Shown here piece after piece: positions 27,904 through 40,859 of a stretch of DNA of 64,000 nucleotides. The stretch comes from Camelus dromedarius (Eukaryota). Location: positions 37,076,001 to 37,140,000 of the forward strand of contig NC_087444.1 of the NCBI RefSeq assembly GCF_036321535.1. The letters run 5' to 3'. Under the pieces are notes generated by a model. That model worked only from the letters and a program-made list of their open reading frames with translations, did no database searches and had not been told where the DNA came from. The stretch's first letter is position 1; every line of letters starts with the position of its first letter. The position numbers and the translations under genes are program-made.

Positions 27904-28433
27904 GGATTCGTTTAAAAAAAAAGTATATCCTTATATGCTGATGCGGAAGGGGCTCTAAGAGAAAAAAACCAGGTGCAAAATTGTATAGTATGACCCATTT
28001 TTTCCCCTGTAAAAACAGAAATAAAAGAAACATTGGTCACACCAAAAAAGCGAGAACATTTCTTGAAAGATAAACAAAAAATTGTCAATTATACCTAATA
28101 TGGGGAGGAGGGAGAGGCTGGGGATAAGGGAGACATTTACCTCTTACCATGGTTGGCAAGTGTTAAAGATGTTAGGAAAGGTTAGTTGGACAGCTGGCCT
28201 AGGTAGTGTAGGAAGGAGACATGAAAAAAGCCTCCTTATGTTGGTGAAGAGTAATCTTAGTCAATTTGAAATGTCTAAATTGAACTCAAATCCAACCTGA
28301 CTAGGAATGATTCTTCTATTTAAAAAACACTTGGAGGGACTTATTTCTGGTAAACCAATGAGGGGAGGAAAGCCTGGGTGGGGGTGTAAGCAAAGAAGGA
28401 GGAAAAGAAAGCCACACACTATGGATAACGTGA

Positions 28434-28852
28434 TGAATAAAATTAATATTTTATGGCAAAATGAAAAAAATTTAAACATAAAATTTAGGCCTCATCCCTC
28501 CCCTTAGTGTGTCTTGTGCATCAGTATTAACCAGACCTCCTTAGGAGATAACATCCTTTTTAATTTTATCAAGGGTCACAACTCCTTGAGATAACCTTCC
28601 TTCTTTGTCCTGTAAGGGGTTATGCTGACCCACTGCCCACCATGTACGATTCTGGATTGTGTAAACTGTCAATAATACATCATTTAATGTACAGCCTTCT
28701 GTCTCAAAACTTACATAATTGTGCTTTGACCTGTAATGGGTGGAACAGTTCTCAGAGCATTCTGAGAGGTGGTTCCTGGGTTATAATCCTCAGTTTGTCT
28801 CAAATAAAATTTTCTATTTCTTTCTTAGATTGACTAATTTTTTTTGTCAACA
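28434..28852 (+). mobile_element. ERV1-type solo LTR, 419 bp, TG...CA with 4-bp TSD GTGA
   Basis: gtga at 28430-28433 and 28853-28856; MER4-group-like 3' part (gaacagttctcagagcattctgagagg...tcctcagtttgtctcaaataaa); AATAAA at 28803-28808. Confidence 0.65.
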
Positions 28853-29307
28853 GTGAAAAGGATTTTTAGTTTGGGAAACCCAAGAAACAGGAAGAACAAG
28901 GTTGCGGAGGCCCCTAAGAAATTGACTAATATCTTTGTTGGGTTAATAGGCAGACAGATTTCTGTGAACAATGTCGGTCAACAACAAATGGTTATATTTG
29001 CTCATTGTGCTATCCCCAAACCTTGGACTTAATTATAATCCACTCAGGTTTTCATCAGGGGTAGGAGTGACAGCTTTGGGACGGTGGTCTGGGAGGAGGC
29101 TAGAGCCCAGAGCCTGGTATACAGAGCAGGAGCAGGAGATGCCTCAGGAGAGTAGGAAAACTTGGGAGAATGTCAGCAACTGCTATTCCTCCAAACAGGG
29201 TAGGGGTGTTCAGAAACACTGAACTGACTGTTGGTGGACTGCTAAGACTATTCAGGGAGTCAGTCATCAAGGCAGTTCAAGGCATACTTGCAGGGACAGC
29301 CTCAGGT

Positions 29308-29470
29308 TACAGTATAGTGAGTGGTTAAGTACATGCATTGGGAATTTGATCCTAGTTCTGCCACTTTATAATTTTGTGCCTTGGCAAGTTACTTAACTTC
29401 TCCATGCCTTAGTTTCCTCATTTCTAAAATGACTGTAACCTCACAGATTTGTTAGGAGGACTGCACTTAT
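29308..29470 (+). mobile_element. MIR
   Basis: ccttggcaagttacttaacttctccatgccttagtttcctcattt. Confidence 0.8.
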
Positions 29471-29828
29471 AAGAATGTCTTGAGTTATGGTAAAAGCTTT
29501 GTGTGTAAATTAAAAAAAAAGTCTAACAGTGACAGAACTGATGGAATCCATTGGCAGGACCTACAGATTGGATATAGAAGATGAAGGAGAAAAGAAGTCA
29601 AGGATAAAAACACAGGTTTCTAGCTTTGGGTAGCTGGACAGATGGTGGTATCACTCAGACAGGAAAGTGGCTAGAGAAACTGACACTGGAGGCTGGAAGG
29701 ATGCCAACCCTTCTGTTAAAACTCATGTGTTGTAATTTAGGTGAAGATTTACCAAGTTGAAGCCTCAGTGAACAGCCTGGAAAACAGAATCTTAGTACCA
29801 TGATTACTATTGATTATACTTGTCAAGG

Positions 29829-29846
29829 CACACACACACACACACA
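29829..29846. repeat. (CA)9 microsatellite
   Basis: Read directly. Confidence 0.9.
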
Positions 29847-30204
29847 AAAGACCAGGGATGGGGCCGTGAGTCATGAAAAGTGATGGACTGGTGAGTCCCT
29901 CTCAATCAGCCTTACAAAGAACACTCCCCTTTCAAGGCAGAGGGCCCTCAAATGGTATCCCCAATGACATATCATAAAAGATCAATGACTTTATTCTTCC
30001 CTTCTGAATGGAAGTGTTCCCTGCACTTTTCCTGTCCCTATTTCATCACTGTATATTGGCTGTGTAGAGGGCAGATCACCACATATCCTAGAATTTTAGC
30101 CTAATGCCCGACCAGCTAGGACTTTCAGGTTGTCTCCCATGGTAGATACATTTTCTTGATGGAAGGATAGTAAAATTAAATATTTAATAATTCAAAGGAT
30201 GGTA

Positions 30205-30535
30205 TTAGAGCTGCTCACAAATGGTCTGTTTCCAGGGCAAAAGGTAGGATTGCAGTTCCCTGACCAGTTGAAGCTGGAAATGGCCCTGTGATTTGCTAGG
30301 TCCAATGAAATGTAAACAGAAGTCTCATGTGTCAATTTTAGGTGACAGTTTTAAAAGTCAGTGTCTATTTCATTACACTATCTTTTTGACTCTGTCACAT
30401 GGCTGGCAATGTTCCAGTGATGGCTCTGTCAGGTTAGGTCAATCACCGATGGGTATTTAGCAAGTAAGAGTTAAGTCTTCAAGTCAATAAAATTTGGCGG
30501 GTTTTAGGCAACACAACCAGCCTATCCAGATAAGA
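30205..30535 (+). mobile_element. MaLR LTR fragment (MLT1I/J-like)
   Basis: ccaatgaaatgtaaacagaagtctcatgtgtca core. Confidence 0.65.
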
Positions 30536-30699
30536 AACTGGGAAAATTGTCAGTTATGCCTCCTGTACTTTTTTGCAAGGTTTCTGTGCCCACTAAGCTA
30601 CTCTTAATCTCCCTACTGGGTCACCATATGATCAATGGGACTGATTTGCTGCATCTAGTCTTGTTCTCTCCAATCAACCAAAAATGAGCTTTACCAAGC

Positions 30700-31150
30700 A
30701 CCTATTCCCTCAAACTCACAATGCTTCAGTGGCTTACTGTTTGCCCTTGGGAATGGTCCAAACATTTTAACATGGCTGGAAAAACCCATCCAGCACTGCT
30801 TGTGACCTCACCCTGGCCTGTGCTGACCCTTTCAGATTCATCTCACGGCTGCAGCCCCCTTTCATTCCATGTCCCAGTCATACTCAACTGCACTTAGTTT
30901 CTCAAACTGGCCATGCTACGTGTAATATTTTTGTCAACTTCTCAATGCTGGTGTAATGTCTGCCATCCCCCAGATCTCAGCTCAAATGTCTCAAGGAAGC
31001 TTTTTTTTTGACCACTCAGACCAAATGAGACATATCTCGTAACAGCCAGAACTTTCAATATAACTTAAATGTTACTGCTTTGGTTAGTTTTTGAGCTAGA
31101 CTGTAGGTTCCCTGAGGGCAGGAACCATGTCTATTTTGGGCATTGGATAG
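30700..31150 (+). mobile_element. L2 3' fragment
   Basis: cagatctcagctcaaatgtc...ctagactgtaggttccctgagggcaggaaccatgtct. Confidence 0.75.
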
Positions 31151-31299
31151 ACACTTTTACCCGAAATGATCCTAGGGGATAAAATCATATCATACTTTGT
31201 TTTAATCTTTTTTTTTTAAACAGTAATAGTAAGCCTCAACATTTTCCTTTTTATTTTTCCTTTTGGTTGTATGATCTGTGCCCACTTACAATTTTAATA

Positions 31300-31710
31300 T
31301 TGATGTGAGCTAGTATACACAATTAAAAAGTTTCTATTAGTGACATTAAAAAGGAAAAAAAATTTTAATGTATTTTAACCCAATGTATCAAGTATCAATA
31401 TAACTCAGTATATAAAATATTACTTTAATATGTAATCAAAATTAAAAAATAAGTATTTTTTCTTTTGTTATCTATTTTGTTATCTGGTGAGTATTTTACA
31501 CTAGCAGTTCATCTCAATCTGGACACTAAATTTGCAAAGGCCAGTGTGAAATGCAGTCCTCCTAAAACAACATTTTGTTTAACAGAAAAATATTTAACCC
31601 TGCCTTAGTTTTTAAATTAACAAATAAAAATTCAGTTTCTTGGTTGTACTAGCCACATTTCAAGTGCTTGATGGCCACACATGGCTAGCACCTACCTTAC
31701 TGAACATCAT
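31300..31710 (+). mobile_element. hAT-Charlie MITE (MER3/MER33-like)
   Basis: ctagccacatttcaagtgcttgatggccacacatggctag terminus. Confidence 0.7.
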
Positions 31711-32147
31711 GGATATACATTTATCTTCTCTGATCAAAAATTTCCCCCGTTATCTTATCTTCTCACATTTCCCAATGTTTCTGAAACCTGAATAAGGCCA
31801 ATAATGACTTTAACTCCAAGTTGCTTAAATTATTCTAACCAAAAGCTGAGAGTTGACTCATACAGTGACATATCTGTTTCAGAGTATCCTAAATTTAAAT
31901 GAACCAAATTGCCATTTCCACCCATGGTTCCATCCTAAAAATATTTTCTAGACTTGTATCATTTTTGAAATACCATATATGTTTATACCATGGTGATGCA
32001 AGAAAGGGAATTGATGCTATCTGGGGGGGATTAATGCCTTGAAATATGCCTGCAAAAGACTGAAATCTTACCTTTAGAGAATGTTTGGGAGATCAAAACA
32101 CTGATGTCTTGTAAATACTCAGATATATATTTATATGGCAATATAGC

Positions 32148-32665
32148 TGTGGTTTTAAAAACCTGTTCACACTCTTTGCCCACCTTTCAGTGTGAGCCTG
32201 ACCCCATGATTCACTTTTAACATACGGAATATGGCAGCCCAAGATTAGGTTAAGATGTGACTTTCATCTTAGGCATGCACTCTTTCTTGGACCACAAGGG
32301 GAAAACCAGCTCCTAAGCTGTGAGCTGCCATTTGGAGACACCCATGTGGCAAAGAAATGAAGAAGGTCTCTACCCGTAACAACTAGCAAAGAATCAAGGG
32401 CTTTCATCCACTGATCTGCAAGAAAATGATGCCACTCGATGGCCAAACGAGTGGGCTTTGAAGGGGATCTTTCAGCCATGGTTAAGCTTTGAGATGACTG
32501 TAGCCCAGATTGACAATTTGACTCTAACTTCGGGAGAGACCTCAGATTAGACCACTGGGTTTAGCATCTTCCAGATTTTTGACCCACAGGAACTGTGAAA
32601 TGTTTATTGTATTAAGGTGCTAAGTTTTGGGGCAATGTGTTATGTAGCAATGGATGATTCATACA
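32148..32665 (+). mobile_element. MaLR solo LTR (MLT1E/F-like)
   Basis: tgtgg...ataca termini; cccatgtggcaaagaaatga, gagatgactgtagccc, gacccacaggaactgtga, tatgtagcaatgga. Confidence 0.85.
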
Positions 32666-33445
32666 GTGGCTTATCACTTGAACAAGCTCCCCAGTGCCAA
32701 ATGAGGCATAAATCAAATAAGATTATCTCTTTTCTCAGGCAGCCCCAAACTAACATATCCAAATGCTTGTTTCTGGAGGTGATATACTTACTGAACCCAT
32801 GATGCTACTACTGCTCAAATAATTTTTTGAAATTAACCCTCAAAGTATGAATCTTATTCTTTGAAACTTTGCTTAATAGTGTGAATTCAGCATTTAAAGG
32901 TATTTGTTATTTGAAGTAAGTCTGGTGATAAATAAGTAATCCTTTTTCTTACGGATCAAGCTTACGGCATGCTTCTAAAGTAAAAGATGTAGGAATATGC
33001 CAAGAAAAGTCCTAATAATGTCTGATATAACACCAGCACAATCAAATTGGGTATATATTCCTAGAATGACTAGCTTGAAAGATGGTAGTTATTTGGATGT
33101 GCAATTTTTGGAATTCTTCATTTCCTCCAAGGTCACTACTCTATAGTTACAGAGTCATACCCTCACAGAATAGGTAAATCAAGCCAGGTTTTTTGAAAAG
33201 TGTAATAAACATTGGGAAATTACTATTCTTTGTGATATTTACATTAAAGATTTTCTTTGGAATTAACAGAAATGACCACTAGATGCCACTGTTGCTGGCA
33301 GCGGTTTTTTTTAAGGCTAAAAAGCAGGATGCAAGAACAGTTAAGAAACAACAAAATCAATTTTTATGTCATAACGAACACCAGAACAGAAACTGTTGGA
33401 TTATGACAATAAAGATTCAAGACCCAGAAGTTCACTACACAGAAG

Positions 33446-33451
33446 TTTATT
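33446..33451 (-). terminator. CBFB: Candidate distal CBFB polyA signal AATAAA
   Basis: tttatt on +; U/G-rich downstream on -. Confidence 0.65.
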
Positions 33452-33963
33452 GTGAAAGTAAATTAAACAAACAAACACACAATATGGCTAATGGTGGCAA
33501 AAGCAATCTGGTAGCTTAAGGCAAGTTTTGATGGAGATGAATTTAGAAAACATGATGCAATGATGTAATTTTGTTTAAATATAATTATGGAAAAATATCA
33601 AATTGCATCAATAACTTAATAAAAGTAGTTTTCAAAGCCTGCACTATTGGAGAAAAAGGGCTCATGATCTTAATGCCAGCATTAAGACAGATGGAAGCAA
33701 CACAGTGCTAAATGACGGGGAAAATTCAGTATTTACAGAAGGATGGCAACATGAACATTTAATAACATTTGATCTTAGTTACTGGTGGACTGAAAGCTCT
33801 TAGCTAGACGAAATAGAGAAAAATGTACCATCACCATCATGTTATTAAAAAAATTTAAGTGCAGAAATCAAAAATCAAGGAGCCCTGTGATAAAGTAACC
33901 TTAAAACATCACTGTAAGGACCATTTAAAAGGCGATTCCCTTGGGAAATTAGGGCACTAAATG

Positions 33964-33971
33964 TGTAAACA
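33964..33971 (-). promoter_or_regulatory. miR-30 family 8mer site (UGUUUACA) in CBFB 3'UTR
   Basis: tgtaaaca on +; sequence match only. Confidence 0.55.
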
Positions 33972-34121
33972 TGTGAGCTGCACAACACCAAATACCAACC
34001 AAATTCATTCATAGTACTTAGTTACACAAGATCAGCATGGTCTTTTATGATGCATTATTGTTTATAACACTTTAAACAACTCCTTACCATGCATGATGAC
34101 TTCAAATATATAACAAATATT

Positions 34122-34127
34122 TTTATT
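34122..34127 (-). terminator. CBFB: Candidate proximal CBFB polyA signal AATAAA
   Basis: tttatt on + at 34122-34127; usage unknown. Confidence 0.35.
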
Positions 34128-35620
34128 CCGAGACACAGGATATGTTTATGAATTATAAGACCTATATACAAGAAAGTCACACCTCCCTCATCTATCAAGT
34201 ATATATAAACATTTTAAATGCAATGACCTTATTCAGACTTCAGTTCATTTTCTCAATTGACCATGTCAGTTTTCAAACTCTTTAAAATAATGTCATTCTA
34301 TTATGATAAAATACATTTTTGCAAAAATTCAGAAATGTAGTTAACATTTAATGAATGTGACCATGAAAAATATTTGTAAGGAGGTGCCAAATGACTTAGC
34401 ACTTTTTTCCAGTCTTGTATTAAAAAAAAGGTTGCAATCAATTTGACAGTGAGCCTATTTAAAAAATATTCTTATACTAATTCATCTCAAAAGGTTCCAT
34501 TAATAGTCCTTTTGGAAAATACCATATATATAACCTGTGGGTTTTTTTCCAGAGTAAGTAATGGAAGAAAATGTTTCCTCTGCACAGATGAACATTTTCT
34601 AAGAAATCTTTCATCATTCAGCATTGTTTTTACAAAAGCATGCATTATAAAATACNNNNNNNNNNNNNNNNNNNNNNNNNNNNNNNNNNNNNNNNNNNNN
34701 NNNNNNNNNNNNNNNNNNNNNNNNNNNNNNNNNNNNNNNNNNNNNNNNNNNNNNNNNNNNNNNNNNNNNNNNNNNNNNNNNNNNNNNNNNNNNNNNNNNN
34801 NNNNNNNNNNNNNNNNNNNNNNNNNNNNNNNNNNNNNNTATTTCAGTAGAATATTACCATCTATGGAGAATATCTCCACACAAACTCATTACAGAACAGA
34901 ATCTAAAACAGATCTGGGGCAGATTAGAGTTAATACCAATTAAAAAATTTTATGTTTAAAAAGGAAAGAAAAGGAGCTGATTATCAACATTTAAAAGGAT
35001 ACTGTAACTTTAACAACTGTAAACTTTGTGTTAGAAGGCTGTGGCAGACAGCTCTATGCTACCAGGTTTTTTTAGTTTGTAAATAATGCAAACCATCAGC
35101 AGTTTTAAAATGCCATAGGCTATAAAAACACAAAAGGAAATGGAAACAAAACAAAAAACCAAGAATGCTTACCTAAAATGAAGCTGTATAAGCCAGTATG
35201 TCTAAAATTACAAAAACAAACAAAAAAACAAAAAAACTTAACTGATTGGGGGAAAACCCTCTGATAAAAATTTTAATTTCTTGACTTGTTTTAAAATGAC
35301 ATGAACTTTTAAATTAAAATGGAGGAAAAAAAGAGCTTTACAAGTGGATAGTTTCAACTCATTAAAATAATGCCAACAAGGTAAGCTTGCATAGAAAAAA
35401 ATTTCAAATTATTACTGGCTACATGCATACAAAATTAGAAATGCAGNNNNNNNNNNNNNNNNNNNNNNNNNNNNNNNNNNNNNNNNNNNNNNNNNNNNNN
35501 NNNNNNNNNNNNNNNNNNNNNNNNNNNNNNNNNNNNNNNNNNNNNNNNNNNNNNNNNNNNNNNNNNNNNNNNNNNNNNNNNNNNNNNTGTAAAGATGGGG
35601 GGGCACATCTGTGCCACTAA

Positions 35621-35689
35621 TTAACGAAGTTTGATATCATCACCACCACCTAAATTGGAACCAGGACTAGGGTCTTGTTGTCTTCTTGC
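35621..35689 (-). CDS. CBFB: CBFB exon 6 coding part: ARRQQDPSPGSNLGGGDDIKLR* (187-aa-type isoform); in the alternative phase (G)KKTTRP* with TAG at 35669-35667 (182-aa-type isoform)
   Basis: ttgcag| acceptor; both known CBFB C-termini are encoded in two frames of the same exon. Confidence 0.96.
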   Translation of the reverse strand, partial: ARRQQDPSPGSNLGGGDDIKLR

Positions 35690-36039
35690 CTGCAATGACA
35701 AAAATCACAATTTTGGGTCAAAATTGTTTTGAAAACCGAAGTGCTAGATAAATAAAAAGTAAGATACAGTAACACATAAGAAAAGTTTGCAACTAAAAAT
35801 TTTTCAGCCAATATTTCTACATATAAGAGGAAAGAACATTTTAAATTATGTATGAAATATTTTGCCAAAGTTTCCTTAAAAACCAAGAATAAAAATCTCA
35901 TTATATTCAAAAGAACATGATCAAAATCTGTACTATGGATAAAAGAACAACAAATCTGTGTTTAGTTTTGGGACCAAAGGATTTATCTTGAACACATCAT
36001 CCAATCATCTTAGAAGCAAACTTTCCCACTTTTCCTTTT

Positions 36040-36195
36040 AATAACAGTTGGCATTTATTGAGCACCAACTATATATGCTGGGCACTGTTCTAAGCAATTT
36101 TCATGAATGAACTAATTTAATCTTTGCCAATCACCTATAACATAGGTGCTATTTATCCATTTTACAGATAAAGAAACTGAGTCACACAGAAGTAC
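36040..36195 (-). mobile_element. MIR
   Basis: catttattgagcacc...ccattttacagataaagaaactgag. Confidence 0.8.
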
Positions 36196-36654
36196 ATGGC
36201 CTACTTATTACATGATTGAAAAATATATAGTAGTGAATTTTATCTCTCACTGAATTCCATCTCTGCCAACTGAGTTTTAACCAGAAATCTCTATCTCAAG
36301 AAATAAAATTCAGGATTACTATGGATAAAGTATTGTCTCAAAAGCAAAAATAGAAATGATATTAGAGTCCTTGGTGCACATATATACCCAGAGGCATCTT
36401 TTCAACAATACTTAACAACTAAGAGGCTTGACAATTACAAACGCTGAAGATTTCAAGTTTCACTTTAGAATAAACATTTCTATTTAAACTATTTATGGCA
36501 AATTAACAGAGAACATCTAAGAACTAACACTGTACATGACACTCTCTGTTAATAAAAGTTTTAATATAGCATAGTGCCCCTCTTTGATCCACATGTAATA
36601 TATACTTTCAGTCTCTTTCACAAATTCCAATGCATGTTTCTTCTATAAGCATTT

Positions 36655-36785
36655 GTTTTTTGGGGGGTGGGAGTAGGGGAGGTAATTTGGTTTATTTATT
36701 TATTTTAATGGAGGTACTGGGGACTGAACCCACGACCTCATGTATGTTCAGTTTTCACTCTACCCTTCAGCTATACCTTCCCCCC
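36655..36785 (-). mobile_element. Camelid tRNA-derived SINE (diverged copy)
   Basis: gaggtactggggactgaaccc...ctataccttccccc. Confidence 0.8.
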
Positions 36786-39429
36786 ATAAGCATTCTTTTG
36801 TGACTACAAATGTCAGACAAGTACAAACATCTGTTTGTATACTGAACCTGGTTCCTTCATCAACAGTTTACTTATGTTAGATAATGGCTACTCCATTTTA
36901 CCAGTTGTTTAGATAAACAACTTTGAGGTCACCCTTAACATCTCTTTCTATCATACCCAGGAGCAATTCTGATAGCTCTACATTTAAATATATCCTCTGA
37001 ATCTGACCACTTCTAACTACTTCTACCACCCTCACCCTGGTCCAAGCCTCCATCACCTTTCATCTAGATCTTGTTTTGGCCACCTCTGTTATATACCAGT
37101 AATTGGTATCTGTGCAATCTTTAGCTACATGGAATTGTATATTATTACCATCAATTGATTCTCTATTGTCTGTCAGTTTTTGGAAACAAATTTAACCAAA
37201 AACTGAAATGTCCTGATTTCAATTCTTAAGAGCTAAAACAGTTGTTAGAGAAAGAGCATCCCTGACCTCCAAAGAAACATCTCAACAAGTCATACTTGTA
37301 CTGTAAAATCAAGTTTAGTCAGAAGCTCCAGTTAAGTCATCATTTCTCAAGAGGGTTATATTGTTTAGACAGCAGTGACACTTAATCACTTTCAAACAAA
37401 GCAAGTAACACCCAACACTAACTTCTGTGGTGTTTCTTACAAATTGTGATATTTTTTCCAAGCAGATCTTAACTGTTTGTGATTTGCAGACCGCACACTG
37501 ACTACATTTTAGCATATTCCTTTCAATGAACTAGTCAGGTTAATGTTATGCTGCATGGGTACAGACTGAAACAGCTATGGAATGCATACGGATCAGAAAA
37601 ACAATCTATGTTCCAAACAATCAATGCTAAATGTAATGCAAGGACAGATCAATTCTGCAAAATCAGAGGTGGTGATATAAGCCTCTGGTTTTAGTCAATG
37701 AAGGTTAGAAAGGGGCTGAGCAATGAAGAAACACCAAGAAAAATCAATCCTAATTATGTATTTATAAATCACTACTACCAATAATACTTTGTGAAAAGGG
37801 CATTTCAGCTTTTATCTTGGGATAAGAGGAATTTTCAAATTATCTTAGTAATAATGAGTGACTCCAAATGAGTGACAAAAGAGTCACCAGCAGCTGGTGT
37901 TCTCCCTACTGGTCATGGCTGTCAGAAGTTGCCATGGGTTTATTTGTTTAAAATATATTTTTGGTAAAAGCATGGAAAGGAATAAAGAAAAGTTATTATG
38001 CTATTTACTTGTGCTTTTAGTTTCTATTTACATTGTAAAGAAGGAATGAGGAAGATGTCAAGGAAGATACTGAAGGAGAATCAAAAACAGGAAAAATAAG
38101 GGGAAGTCTGACAGCAAGAATAAGAGCAGAAGAGGGAAAGAAGGACAGCGCTGGGAGACTGGGAGGAAGTTTAATGCTAGAAGGGAAAAGGTATGGGCTG
38201 TCATAAGAAGGAAACAAATACAGGAAACAGAATTAAGTTTGATGAAATAGCTTCTACAGGACCAGAATTCAACAACTGGATGAACTGTCTTGGGAAGCAG
38301 TGCTTTCTACTGTGGTAGTTTTCTAATGGAGGCTGCATGTTTTAGAAGGAAGATGGCAAAGAAACTCTCTGAACTTGATTGTTCTAAAAGACTTTAAAGT
38401 CCGTAATTTCTAGTTTCTTCCTCTCCAGTCAATCCACATGGGCCCTTGATTTTAATGTTTTAAGTTATTTCAGAATAGGTTGTTACTATAAGGCAGACAC
38501 CCATGAGCCTGTTCAGAATACAAATCGGTTTTTAATATTTATAAAGAATTAATCTAGACATTTTACTATAGACTACTCACTACTAGTTGCTCCTATTTTT
38601 TTTCTTTTAATATACCATAATCCAGAAACAGGGCAAATCCAATTTCTAGATGGCAGTCATGGGATGTCTCCAAAATGAAAAGACAAAGAACAGTCACCAG
38701 ACACTGGAGCTTTCCCTATTGGTCAGGACTGTGCAGAAGTAGCCAACAGCAGGGATACCCAAATGAAAACGAAAAAAATTTGGTTGATTTCCATTCTTTT
38801 ATTACCAAGATCATCAAATTGCAGAAAACTTCATGAGAAAATGCCCTAATAGTTAAAAACAGCTCCAATTTATTGAGTGCATACCTATGTCCAGATAATG
38901 TACAAATCACTTTATGTTTGACACTTGGCTAAATATCAGAACACAGAAGGAAAGAATTTCAGAGCAGCACAGTATCTATACAGTTGAACTCTCATGATAC
39001 AGATGACATGTCTGAGACCAAGAAGGTTAAGCGATTCCCCCAAGGTTTTATAGTTAGCTGGTGGCAGTGAAAACACAAATTCAGAACTTTAAGAAAGATG
39101 AACTTTAACTTGCAATTAGCATTAATGTCAGCCTCCTAAGTCATTGCTATTTCTCCTGATTGCTAAGACCGGAGGAGACATAAAGCAGAAATTTTAAGTC
39201 CTAATATGAGAGAAAGAAATGCACTTTCTTCAAACTCATAAAAAAGGTAAAAACAAGGTCAGTAGATAATCATAAACAACCGACAGATACGCAGACTTCA
39301 AGAGCTGGTCTAATAGACATGTGAAAAAATACAGGTCTTATAAAGTATACAACTTCAGGACAACTTTCAACATAAAATGGCATTTTAAAATAATAGAGAT
39401 CGTGGCAATAACCTGTATTTCTGGGCAAG

Positions 39430-39592
39430 GATTGGGAAGGCTCTACTACTTTAGTTATGTGATTTTATACAAGCTTCTTATCCTCTTTCAGCCTCAGTTC
39501 CTCAAAATGGAGATACATTTTATAAGAGCATTTAAGAACCAAGTGTAAAACAAATAATGCGGAGTACACTGCCTGGCACATAGTAAGCACTC
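39430..39592 (+). mobile_element. MIR
   Basis: gcctcagttcctcaaaatggag...gcctggcacatagtaagcactc. Confidence 0.75.
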
Positions 39593-40704
39593 CTGCTGTT
39601 GGTATTACAACAAAGCTGCTCATCACTTCTCAATTTATCTATATGAACTTTTCAAATAAAGAAATCTGCATCTTGCAGATAAGAGTAATTTTTATAAGCT
39701 AAAACAAGGTTACAACAGATTTTAATAAAATCTACATTTCCTCTGATAGAGACCAAAGCAAGACTTATTCTCTCTTAGTATGGGAGAAGGCAGACCTAGC
39801 ATCCTCTTCCTCCCTCATTCATCCTCTTCTGATTCTCATTCTTAGTCTGAGTTCATATTCCAGGCTCACTCTCATCTACTGCCTATACCCAAAACACACC
39901 TCAGGAAGGCCCAGTGGACACAGATTTTTGTTATTTTGTCCTTACATAAAAATAAGTCTTGGCAGAGTTAAGTGATTCGAAAACTGAAGTCTATGGGAAT
40001 TTAAAATAAATAGAGGCTGAGATTTTTCTCTTGGATCGCACAGAATTGAAGGCTCCAAAAACACACAAAACACAAATATAAAAACCACATAAAGTCTTCT
40101 GCCTGTTTTTACTTCCAAATAATTTCCACATAATTCTCAAAAGATTTGCTGAATTGCACTAAAACTGCCTACAGTAGAATAAGCAATAATTATTTACCCA
40201 TTCTCTGACATTAAAGACAATTTACTTGCCAAAACATGTAACCTAACCAAATGAAAGCATTTCTAGATAACAACAGAGAAAATCTCTTTCAGCACCTGTT
40301 CACCATGCAGCTGAATTAAGAGCCAAAGGTACTGTATCACAGTTTTAGGTTAAGAGGCCAATCAAGCTGAAGGCTGTCTCTAGACACACCGAGAGAGTGT
40401 ATGAGCTTCTATCAGAGATGAGACAGGTATCTTCCCAGTTTATTTATGACCAAAGCACTCAGTCTGTCCCTTATCAACCTCAATGTTCCATCACAAAATC
40501 CCATAGTAAGGCACTGGAATTACAGAGATGTATAACCTGAAGGACTGCCATGGGTTAACATGTCAGCATTTTTAAATCATGGAAAAATTCTCAGGTAAAC
40601 AGGCACTGGACTACTTCTACGCGGCAGCAGATATCCAATGGGCAGGCACTTCATAGAAGAAATATCTGATTATTTTTTATTTTGTAATATCTACTTTTAA
40701 AAAC

Positions 40705-40849
40705 TTTTGGGGGGTATAATTTATTTTATTTATTTATCTTGGGGGAAGGTAATGAGGTTTATTTATTTTTTACTGGAGGTAGTGGGGCCTGAACTCAGAA
40801 CCTCGTGCATGCTAAGCATGCACTCTACCACTGGCTATACACTCCTCCC
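40705..40849 (-). mobile_element. Camelid tRNA-derived SINE
   Basis: ggaggtagtggggcctgaactcagaacctcgtgcatgctaagcatgcactctaccactggctatac. Confidence 0.85.
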
Positions 40850-40859
40850 TTTGATGCCT

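Larger units (their letters stand above)
33430..35620 (-). other. CBFB: CBFB 3'UTR (about 2.2 kb, AU-rich, repeat-free, two N gaps)
   Basis: Directly follows the TAA stop; ends near AATAAA at 33451-33446. Confidence 0.75.

Noticed and set aside
37426-37495. Pair of RUNX cores (TGTGGT, ACCGCA) in CBFB intron 5
   Set aside because: Two hexamers without partner motifs are within chance expectation.
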